From a virus (taxonomy: Duplodnaviria > Caudoviricetes), in the IMG/VR virus record IMGVR_UViG_3300037782_000038, positions 1-46,537 of that record: 46,537 bases of DNA, one strand, 5' to 3'. The position numbers were made by a program, and so were the translations under genes. Positions 37,034-44,471 of the stretch are shown here, in pieces. The notes under the pieces were generated by a model, which saw only the letters and a list, made by a program, of their open reading frames with translations, made no database searches and had not been told where the DNA came from. How positions within the stretch are numbered: position 1 is the first letter of the stretch; every line of letters starts with the position of its first letter.

Positions 37034-37338
37034 AGCTCGTGGATTTCATTGGGTTGAATGTTAGATAAATAAAAATGGATCCCCTCGGATTGTCCGAGCG
37101 GAGATTCATGCTCCTTGACCACTACCTCAGTCAATGACTGCAGCTTGTCAATTTTAGTCTCATCTACATAGGTATCAACACCTCCGGATGTCCCGTATAT
37201 CACAACATCGTACTGGTTGTGGCCTATACTCTTTAAAGCTTCGTTGTGTATCATTTCGACCAAAACGTCTAAAGTTGTAGCTACGCCAACACGATCAAAA
37301 TCTCCGTTGTAAACCAGAAACAAATCTCCTTTTTTCAT
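37030..37338 (-). CDS. Hypothetical protein
   Basis: 102 aa, A-rich leader, ATGA coupling downstream. Confidence 0.65.
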   Translation of the reverse strand: MKKGDLFLVYNGDFDRVGVATTLDVLVEMIHNEALKSIGHNQYDVVIYGTSGGVDTYVDETKIDKLQSLTEVVVKEHESPLGQSEGIHFYLSNIQPNEIHEL

Positions 37339-37416
37339 GTCGTATTTTTTTTAAATCCGAAATCGGGGAGGTCGCTCACTGACAAACGACGCTCCCGTCA
37401 AACGGACATCCATAGA

Positions 37417-38313
37417 TCATTTAAGCTCTCCAAGAATTTCATCAAAAGTGTCGATGATAGCTCTTTTGTAGGTTTTAAACTCATCTGAGCCAAACTTTAT
37501 TTGCTGAAGGTTATTTTTGCATTCAGTAAGATATTCTGAAAGCTTCTCTTTATCGCTTTTTTGAGCATACTTAAGCTTCTCTATAAGCTCGTTTTTAACA
37601 CGAGCCTTTTCTTGAGCTTCTATCTCTTCAGCTCTTTTGAGCTTTTCGTCATGATGCGCCTTATCTGAAACCAAGTTTGAGATAAGCTCTTCGAACTGAG
37701 TCTCGTCCATATTCCTAAGATCACGCTCCTCAGTGTCAAACATCTTAAGCGGGAGGTATTTACGCTCTCTTTGTAGCTCAAGGACATCTAGCTCTTTTTG
37801 CTTCTTAGCTTCTTGAAATTTTTCCTTGATTGTTTTGAAGTAAGACTCCCAAATATCATCATCCATCAAAGCGTAGTCGAGCTCTGAGTCACCAAGAACT
37901 TCTTGGTAAGGCTCAAGAAGAGCCTCTCGCTCTTGGCGAATTTTATCTCTGCGCTTTTCTTCCTGTATCTCATGATACTTCTCTATCTGAAGAAGGTCAT
38001 CCTCCATTCGTTTGTTGACCTCAACCTCTTGGTTTTTGATCGCATCAACAAACCGGCCCCCGGCTAAGAAAAGTTTCTTAGCATCTTTATGCCACGGTTC
38101 AATTCCTTTTGTTCGAATGTCTCTCAATCTTAATCGCAGTTCTTTTGCTTTGTCCGGAGTGTCCGGATCGTCAACGTCTAAAGTTAATGCTTTTTTGTAT
38201 TGCTCAGTGAGAGCCTCCCGTTTTGATAATATCAACGGGAGGTCCTTCACTAATGGCATCACTTGACTTTCTGTTAGTCCATGGGACTCTGCTACTTTTA
38301 CAATGTTACTCAT
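37417..38313 (-). CDS. Coiled-coil phage protein of unknown function
   Basis: AKELRLRLRDIRT..HKDAKKLFLAGGRFVDAIKN followed by a long charged coil; next to SSB. Confidence 0.7.
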   Translation of the reverse strand: MSNIVKVAESHGLTESQVMPLVKDLPLILSKREALTEQYKKALTLDVDDPDTPDKAKELRLRLRDIRTKGIEPWHKDAKKLFLAGGRFVDAIKNQEVEVNKRMEDDLLQIEKYHEIQEEKRRDKIRQEREALLEPYQEVLGDSELDYALMDDDIWESYFKTIKEKFQEAKKQKELDVLELQRERKYLPLKMFDTEERDLRNMDETQFEELISNLVSDKAHHDEKLKRAEEIEAQEKARVKNELIEKLKYAQKSDKEKLSEYLTECKNNLQQIKFGSDEFKTYKRAIIDTFDEILGELK

Positions 38314-38325
38314 ATTTGTCTGATT

Positions 38326-38808
38326 TTAAAATAGAGGTTTACCTGAATTCATTTCAGATTTTTTGCCTTCAAAAGGATCAGATGCGTTCTCTTCGGAAGA
38401 GATGTCAGGTCCCGGAGACGGTTCAGCTTGTCTTCTTCTAGAGCTTCCACTATTAGGGTTAGAGCTTCCGTCTTTCTTCCCTTCTGATCCTCCAAGAAGG
38501 ACAAGGTTAGTTCCTTTAATAGTTGTTGTGTACACGGTGGCGCCTTCTTTATTCTCATAGCTTCCGTAAACAATTTCTCCATCTACAGATAAAAGGTCGC
38601 CTTTCTTTACGTATGGATCGATCACTTTTTCAGCTACAGGACCCCAGAATTCTACTCTATGCCACTGCGTGTCTTCTACAGTCTCTCCATTTTTGTCTTT
38701 CCATTTTTTGGATGTAGCCAAGGAGAATCTAGCTACTGTTGATTTTTCGAAGTTCTGCACTTCTGGGTCAGCGCCCACACGCCCAATAAGGCTTACATGA
38801 TTTTTCAT
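38326..38808 (-). CDS. ssb: Single-stranded DNA-binding protein
   Basis: NHVSLIGRVGADPE..FSLATS..TQWHRVEFWG..KKGDLLSVDGEI OB-fold, with flexible tail. Confidence 0.95.
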   Translation of the reverse strand: MKNHVSLIGRVGADPEVQNFEKSTVARFSLATSKKWKDKNGETVEDTQWHRVEFWGPVAEKVIDPYVKKGDLLSVDGEIVYGSYENKEGATVYTTTIKGTNLVLLGGSEGKKDGSSNPNSGSSRRRQAEPSPGPDISSEENASDPFEGKKSEMNSGKPLF

Positions 38809-38829
38809 ATCGGTTGTTTTAAAAATTAG

Positions 38830-38903
38830 TACCCTCGGCAGGATTCGAACCTGCGACCGTCTGCTTAGAAGGCAGATGCTCTATCCAGCTGAGCTACGAA
38901 GGC
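38830..38903 (-). tRNA. tRNA-Arg (TCT)
   Basis: GCCTTCGTAGCTCAGCTGGATAGAGCATCTGC-CTTCTAA-GCAGACGGTCGCAGGTTCGAATCCTGCCGAGGGTA folds into a full cloverleaf; no encoded CCA. Confidence 0.95.
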
Positions 38904-38922
38904 AAATAAAACTATTTAGTTG

Positions 38923-39120
38923 CCAGTGAGGTGAGGGTCGAACTCACAACATAACTTCTATTTACTAAAGAGGTAATCTGTAGTTTCGGTTATATTCTTT
39001 ATTTCAAGATTTCTTGTATAAGTGTATTAACACTCCCTACTCGTAAGACACATTCTAAATTTCTTCGTTATGTCAATACTAGGACGCATCCTAGCTGTAT
39101 CTCCATTGATACTCTCACCG
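38923..39120 (-). ncRNA. 198-nt tRNA-like RNA with a large insert (unassigned; some tmRNA-like traits)
   Basis: Acceptor-like stem CGGTGAG/CTCACTG plus G, D-like arm GTATC-AATGGA-GATAC, hairpin GCTAGGA-TGCG-TCCTAGT, long domain closed by GACATAAC/GTTATGTT, T-arm GTGAG-TTCGACC-CTCAC. Confidence 0.75.
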
Positions 39121-39123
39121 ATA

Positions 39124-39348
39124 AAAACCATTCTGTCCTCTCCAATTGAGGAATGCTTTAATGCTTCCTGATGCCAAATACCCCGCATATTCTAAATAAC
39201 CTGATTGGGACAAGTTGCCTCTACATTTACTTCATATTCATTCAAGCCTAAGCACCTCTTGGATGGTGCTACCCTCATCGACAGTTGAATCCGATACATG
39301 CAATCCTACCCTAGGTTTGAGCTGCTTGTAATGAATCAGAATGGTTTT
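39124..39348 (-). ncRNA. ~225-nt structured RNA, unassigned
   Basis: Perfect 12-bp terminal stem AAAACCATTCTG/CAGAATGGTTTT enclosing several nested helices; fills the gap between tRNA-Ile2 and the tRNA-like RNA almost exactly. Confidence 0.65.
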
Positions 39349-39349
39349 G

Positions 39350-39423
39350 TGGTCCCTGCAGGGCTCGAACCTGCGACCGCCTGATTATGAGTCAGGAGCT
39401 CTAACCAACTGAGCTAAGGAACC
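39350..39423 (-). tRNA. tRNA with CAT anticodon, most likely Ile2 (lysidine type) rather than Met
   Basis: GGTTCCTTAGCTCAGTTGGTTAGAGCTCCTGA-CTCATAA-TCAGGCGGTCGCAGGTTCGAGCCCTGCAGGGACCA. Paired G1-C72 and no GGG/CCC anticodon stem exclude an initiator; the body resembles bacterial Ile2. Confidence 0.9.
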
Positions 39424-39432
39424 TGTCTTAGA

Positions 39433-39684
39433 TTAAGGTGACACCTCCTCAAAGTTCTCTTGGAAATACTCTCTACTAACCAGCCACATATCGTTGTGGT
39501 TGTCCGGATTTTGGGCGATCATGTCACCAATCTTTGGAGACCCATTTTCAATATCTGAAATAGATATTCTTACAGGAGCCCCATCAATATATAAATTCTT
39601 TTTTCTGACGTAACGATCAATCATTTCGTCAGTTACCGGAGCCATCTCCGATACGTTTGTTCTTTTGTACTTCTTAAATTCCAT
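39433..39684 (-). CDS. Small phage protein of unknown function
   Basis: FKKYKR..PKIGDMIAQNPDNHNDMWLVSREYFQENFE, a pattern seen in small phage proteins. Confidence 0.75.
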   Translation of the reverse strand: MEFKKYKRTNVSEMAPVTDEMIDRYVRKKNLYIDGAPVRISISDIENGSPKIGDMIAQNPDNHNDMWLVSREYFQENFEEVSP

Positions 39685-39688
39685 TTGA

Positions 39689-39784
39689 TTAATTTTTGAT
39701 CCACTCTTTTATTCTCCAAGCAATCAGAACGTAGATCCCGACCACTATTGGGAGTGTTATTGCTACTTTTAATACGTCTACCAT
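39689..39784 (-). CDS. 31-aa single-pass membrane peptide (below the ORF-track cutoff)
   Basis: MVDVLKVAITLPIVVGIYVLIAWRIKEWIKN*; start overlaps the upstream TAG and the ORF fills the gap exactly. Confidence 0.6.
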   Translation of the reverse strand: MVDVLKVAITLPIVVGIYVLIAWRIKEWIKN

Positions 39785-40008
39785 GTTATTTTTATTTCGC
39801 CAGTTTTCCAATTCGTTACAACAGTCTGGGACACCTTGGCATCATTCCTCTTAATCACTGTAAATCCTTTGCCACTGCGGTCTGAGTGATGTATCTCTAC
39901 CTCTGAAGGCTTAACGTATTGATGCAAAGATAGATATTTTTTCAACATCGTTTCCACAATGGAATCCCTTCTTTCAGTAATATTTTGGATCTTTTTCAAT
40001 TGCTCCAT
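39778..40008 (-). CDS. Hypothetical protein
   Basis: 76 aa, co-oriented and packed with neighbours. Confidence 0.6.
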   Translation of the reverse strand: MEQLKKIQNITERRDSIVETMLKKYLSLHQYVKPSEVEIHHSDRSGKGFTVIKRNDAKVSQTVVTNWKTGEIKITW

Positions 40009-40246
40009 TTCCTAAATCTTTGTTTTTGATAAATTCAACAACGGTGAATATCTTTGTTTTGGTAGGATTGTAACCTACTCTTTTTTGAAACTGTCTCAAG
40101 GTTCTACTTCCTTCAAGATCGTCTTTGTCTTGGATTCGGGTGATCACCCAGTCAGACTGAACCCCTCCTTTCTTAATTCTACCGGAGGGGGTTTTTCTAT
40201 CTATTCTGTACCTGATTTCTCCGAACCATATTGTCGGGCCTCTCAT
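39974..40246 (-). CDS. Hypothetical basic protein
   Basis: 90 aa, ATGA-coupled to the primase stop. Confidence 0.6.
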   Translation of the reverse strand: MRGPTIWFGEIRYRIDRKTPSGRIKKGGVQSDWVITRIQDKDDLEGSRTLRQFQKRVGYNPTKTKIFTVVEFIKNKDLGNGAIEKDPKYY

Positions 40247-42654
40247 AGTGCCATCTTTGTTTGTGGAGGATCAGGTTTTTTCTGAAAATGTATCCATCTA
40301 CCTATAGAATCTCTACCGTCCTCCGGTTCAACGCCTTCTTTAAATATCCAATACAGTTTAAGCCACTTGTAGAACGTCCCCTGAGCAATAGCTCTTTTCG
40401 CTTTTGGTGCAAAGTCAGGATACTCAGAAATAAAGTCATCGTAAACGTCCTTTTTGTACATCTTGTTTCCTGCGTAAAAGTGAGGATATCTGTCGCTTCC
40501 TTCTGTTAACCCGCAGAATTCGATAAACTCATGCGTGGTCTCACTTGACAGCTTACGGATCCCTAGGTTGACAAATTCGCTCTTGATCAATCCATGGTTT
40601 AAGAACTTTCGAAGACAAGCTATCATGTAGTTGTCAAATCTTAACCACTCTTCGTCATCCCAAGAGCCGAACAGTCTCCCTCCAAACTCATCCTCCGGAG
40701 TGAAATCCTTGCTGTAGTAATGGTGAAGCTCGAGCTCCCACTTTCTACGCTCAAACGAATTCCCGGCGCCCTTGAGGGCATAGTTCGTGGTGACTATAAT
40801 CTTAGGAGATCGTTCGAAAGGAATCTTAATCGCATCTTTGTTCTTTTTCTCCAATGTAATCCCCTCGGTGATAAGCGAGAACAACCGCTCAAAGCTGAAG
40901 TTCTTTTGAACATCATCAAAGCAGATTATTTGCGTATCCTTAGAAACCAATTGATACGGAAATGACTTGTCAAAAGCGAACATCTTACCGTCGATCGACA
41001 CAACCTTTCGCATGTGCGAAAGAGCTTTCACGTACAGTCCCTTACCCGTTCCTCCTTCAGGAGTCTCCGATATCACCTCATCATTGAGGATTGTGGCCGG
41101 ACAATAACTCGGGTTTTTGAACCCACTGAGTAAGAACCCTATTGTAGACTCCATAGCGTCAATCCGTGCCTTCTTATTGCCTGAGATGTTATGGAGAAAC
41201 TTTCTGTAGTTGTTCTCATAATTCTCACGGACCTCAAAGTCACGGTCAATCACCTGATTGCTCCAAACGTACCGGCCTAAGTCAATATAGTCAATCATCT
41301 CCACGCCATCCTTATTGACTCTCACGGCGCAGTTACGATAGTACAAGTACGAATACTCATCTGTATCCTCCACAAATTCGATATCTATTGGAGACAAGAG
41401 CGATAAGAAGTCATCCTTGAAGTATTTCGTTTTCTCAGCAAAGTAATTGTACACATGTTGATCCTCCATATTCAGCAAGTAATCAAGCACAAAGTCCTTG
41501 ATGTGTTGCTCGGTGGCGTCCTCTACCAAGTTATTGGTGATTCGAACATAGATGTACGCCTGACCGTCTTCAGGATAATACTTCCAAAATCCACGCTCCT
41601 CAAGAAAGACTTTAAAAGCCAGAGGGATAATAGAGACAGCTCCGTTCTTAGAAATTTTCCAGAAGACCGGAGATTCGTTCTTCTTCTCTCTATCACGGAT
41701 TACTTTCTCGACTAAATCACCGTCAACACCCTCTGATTCTAGTTCACGGTGAATTTCTTTTTTTGTCTTTCCTTGCTTTATAGCCTGATCAACAGCCTTT
41801 ATCTTCTTCTCGTCCTCAAAATACTTTGTACCAAAAAGGTCTGTTTTTGAGTATGCGCTGTTAACCAGCTGATCAATCTCTCGCTCTGAAAATCCTTTCT
41901 GAGCGTAACTACCTAGCACGATAAGTGCAGTCGATTTTGACACACCAAACTCGTTGAATGCCATGGCCAAAGTAAACGCATTGTTGTTTCGCTGTCCCTC
42001 AACCATTGGATACCTCTTCTCCCACCATTTCACCAACCGCTTGACAATATCTCGCTCATCTGTTAGCGGTATGGTCACTGTATCGCTAGTTATCGAGTGC
42101 TGTACAGGATCAGGAGCGTCTTCTACATGCCAAACCTCGCTATCCTCGTTGATGTATATATCCGGATCGTAGCTTTCGTAGCATACCCTAGATAAATTCT
42201 TGGACGTGGTGTCGAAGTGCTTCTTGTCGTCAAAGTAATTCTGAAGCGCATTAAAGTAGCTCAGATGGTCCTCTATCGAGTCAGGTATCTTGACAAGTAC
42301 CTTAAGCCCCATTCCGCTCGGAGATATAAAGACCGAGTAGACATATGGGTCTTTCTTAAGGACAGACTTCTTCATCTTGACGAGATCTATGGAGTCGTAG
42401 TTGTCAAAGTCAAGGCATATGAACCCGCTGTGAGCTTCACATGCTGAGTCCGACCTCTTGGTAAATTTACCTGAGAAGCATATCGACGGCAGTCCTTTTT
42501 TGAGCTCCTGTCTTTTCTCCTTGTTGTCCTCGTTTCGTATTTGGGTTATCAGTTCTTCACTATGCCCTTCCTTTATTCTTGCGAGCACCTCATCGATACT
42601 CCTATAAAAAGGAGTATTTACATCGCTGATGTGTCGGAAAACAGTTACTATCAT
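40243..42654 (-). CDS. Primase-helicase (VirE-N/BT4734-like primase domain, PriCT, SF3-like P-loop ATPase)
   Basis: KKGLPSICFSGKF..HSGFICLDFD..FISPSGMGLK; EGQRNNNAF (PriCT); PEGGTGKG, ICFDD and IIVTTNY. Confidence 0.85.
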   Translation of the reverse strand: MIVTVFRHISDVNTPFYRSIDEVLARIKEGHSEELITQIRNEDNKEKRQELKKGLPSICFSGKFTKRSDSACEAHSGFICLDFDNYDSIDLVKMKKSVLKKDPYVYSVFISPSGMGLKVLVKIPDSIEDHLSYFNALQNYFDDKKHFDTTSKNLSRVCYESYDPDIYINEDSEVWHVEDAPDPVQHSITSDTVTIPLTDERDIVKRLVKWWEKRYPMVEGQRNNNAFTLAMAFNEFGVSKSTALIVLGSYAQKGFSEREIDQLVNSAYSKTDLFGTKYFEDEKKIKAVDQAIKQGKTKKEIHRELESEGVDGDLVEKVIRDREKKNESPVFWKISKNGAVSIIPLAFKVFLEERGFWKYYPEDGQAYIYVRITNNLVEDATEQHIKDFVLDYLLNMEDQHVYNYFAEKTKYFKDDFLSLLSPIDIEFVEDTDEYSYLYYRNCAVRVNKDGVEMIDYIDLGRYVWSNQVIDRDFEVRENYENNYRKFLHNISGNKKARIDAMESTIGFLLSGFKNPSYCPATILNDEVISETPEGGTGKGLYVKALSHMRKVVSIDGKMFAFDKSFPYQLVSKDTQIICFDDVQKNFSFERLFSLITEGITLEKKNKDAIKIPFERSPKIIVTTNYALKGAGNSFERRKWELELHHYYSKDFTPEDEFGGRLFGSWDDEEWLRFDNYMIACLRKFLNHGLIKSEFVNLGIRKLSSETTHEFIEFCGLTEGSDRYPHFYAGNKMYKKDVYDDFISEYPDFAPKAKRAIAQGTFYKWLKLYWIFKEGVEPEDGRDSIGRWIHFQKKPDPPQTKMAL

Positions 42655-42834
42655 GTCTAATTTTAGTTAAAAGTGTACGCTGATGTCAGTGTCATGTCAT
42701 AAAAGTGCTATGGATGTAGCTGATTATCAGTGAGATGTCGAAAATGTCACAAAATCTCCTATATTAGAAAAAATAAAAAGTAAATACATAGTTTTATTTA
42801 TTACGTATATAGGAGACATTGACATTCTTGACAT
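42655..42834. other. Putative replication origin
   Basis: ATGTC(A) repeats on the left, inverted (T)GACAT repeats on the right, a 10-bp inverted repeat around an AT-rich core and a CTGATTATCAG dyad; directly upstream of the primase. Confidence 0.6.
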
Positions 42835-43566
42835 TCACAGTTCTTCGTTAATGAAATACTCTTCAATGTTTTTTGTAGCATTCACTCCGAAGTATTCGTT
42901 GTAATTGGACACCGCTTTCTCCACCTTGTTCCTTCCTGATCGGAGGAATTCATCGCTACAGGTATAGAAGCCTAGTGTATCGGTCTTCTTGCATATCACC
43001 AAGAACCCTACCTTTCGGTTGAAATTCTCGCTGTATATGTAGGCCTGTGCGTCGTAGTGGTATCGGCGGGCTGATGATCTGAATCTTGCGATATCTCCTG
43101 TTGTCTTCAGGTCGATCACATAGTCAGCCCTAAGTATGTCAGCTTTGCTCTTAAACAGAAGTCCAAAGAGCTCAACGATGGATGCTTTCTCATGGCCAAC
43201 CAACCCTCCATAGATAAGTCCATTGAAGTATGGATGAGCCTTCATAATGTTACCTAATCTTTGAAGCTCTAGCGCTTCACTTCTTAGTAAAAACTTCCGG
43301 CCACCATTAGCCTCTGAAAACTCCTTGTAGGCTTTTGCATTCCTACTACCGGCATCGACCAGTTTGAATTCAGGTAGCTTGTGATCTTCAAGCATGTAGG
43401 TGTGAAAGTATGATCCCTTCATCAGGTTCAATATATCCTCGTCTAGAGGATTCTTGAATTGATTGATGTTATACAGTAGAGCCCCTATATCGGAGTAGGA
43501 GAGATACTTTCTCCCCTCCCCGTTATAGTATTCTAGGTCTGATTTAAGAATAGACGCATTAATCAT
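42835..43566 (-). CDS. PD-(D/E)xK exonuclease (RecE / exonuclease VIII, DUF3799-like)
   Basis: LSYSDI..GSYFHTYMLE..KSKADIL..VIDLKTT..YHYDAQAYIY. Confidence 0.85.
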   Translation of the reverse strand: MINASILKSDLEYYNGEGRKYLSYSDIGALLYNINQFKNPLDEDILNLMKGSYFHTYMLEDHKLPEFKLVDAGSRNAKAYKEFSEANGGRKFLLRSEALELQRLGNIMKAHPYFNGLIYGGLVGHEKASIVELFGLLFKSKADILRADYVIDLKTTGDIARFRSSARRYHYDAQAYIYSENFNRKVGFLVICKKTDTLGFYTCSDEFLRSGRNKVEKAVSNYNEYFGVNATKNIEEYFINEEL

Positions 43567-44471
43567 AACAGATTCTTTATCATGTTCTCAGTCTTGGTAT
43601 CGATCTCGTAGAATTCTCTAAGGGTATCGACAATGGTATCGAACCCAGCAGATCGATTCGACTTAACGAATTCTTCGATCTTGTTCCAATGCTCATGACT
43701 GTCAGCTGAGACCTCTTCTTTCTGCTCAACGATCTCCTTTATCGCAGCTACGGCATTCAGAGTAGGCTTGTAGCTGATTCGAATGTTCTGAAGTATCGTT
43801 TGGAATCCGAGCGCCTTGTTCTCTTTTACATAAGCGACGCAATTGTCCCACTTCTCTCCGTTCACATCAAGTTCAGGAAGCTCTTCTTTTGCAGGAGCTG
43901 TTTTAACCTGTTTGCTCTTTGGCTCTTCTTTTTTTGCTGTTGACTTTTCCTTAGCCTCTTTTTTCACAGTCTCTTTTTTCACAGGAGCAGGAGCAGGCTC
44001 AGGCATTCCGCCATAAACAGGTGGAACCTCATCGTCTGTGTACAGATAATGTCCAAGACCGTGCATACCAATGTTTTTTACTAGACATCTCATGATTGCC
44101 TTATTGACATCGAATGTCGAGATAGGATTTACCGTAAAAGTCTTGTACTTGGTCTTGATCTCATAAGGATCATCCTTCATTGAATTGTAAGAATGGTCAA
44201 GCACAGGTAGCCACATGCCTAAGGTGTCTCCATTTACGGTGACCTCTGTCATGACGATGTATCCATGATTTGAGTTTCCAAAGTAAGGAAGCCCTGTTGC
44301 TTGATCCTTGAGCACTTTATAGGTAGCATCAGGATACCGTCTTTTTAACTCTGCCCAAGCATCTGCCCAAGAAAGATACTTGATTTGATCCTTGCCTGTC
44401 CCCTTTATCTTTATTAAGTCATTTAGGTTTACGCCAGCAAGCGTTTCAAAAACTGTTTTCTTGTCACTCAT
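43563..44471 (-). CDS. Sak3/DUF1071-like single-strand annealing protein with C-terminal extension
   Basis: YLSWADAW, MWLPVLD, NKAIMRCLVKNIGMHGLGHYLY; paired with the exonuclease. Confidence 0.85.
   Translation of the reverse strand: MSDKKTVFETLAGVNLNDLIKIKGTGKDQIKYLSWADAWAELKRRYPDATYKVLKDQATGLPYFGNSNHGYIVMTEVTVNGDTLGMWLPVLDHSYNSMKDDPYEIKTKYKTFTVNPISTFDVNKAIMRCLVKNIGMHGLGHYLYTDDEVPPVYGGMPEPAPAPVKKETVKKEAKEKSTAKKEEPKSKQVKTAPAKEELPELDVNGEKWDNCVAYVKENKALGFQTILQNIRISYKPTLNAVAAIKEIVEQKEEVSADSHEHWNKIEEFVKSNRSAGFDTIVDTLREFYEIDTKTENMIKNLL

Noticed and set aside
38923-39120. Ordinary tRNA, tRNA-Sec, group I intron-containing tRNA or canonical tmRNA
   Set aside because: No 7-nt anticodon loop or TCA anticodon; the insert is short, outside the anticodon loop and lacks visible group I core elements; no alanine identity and much shorter than standard tmRNA.
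39124-39348. Transposon or MITE with 12-bp terminal inverted repeats
   Set aside because: No transposase, no second copy noticed, no clear target-site duplication; nested helices fit an RNA better.
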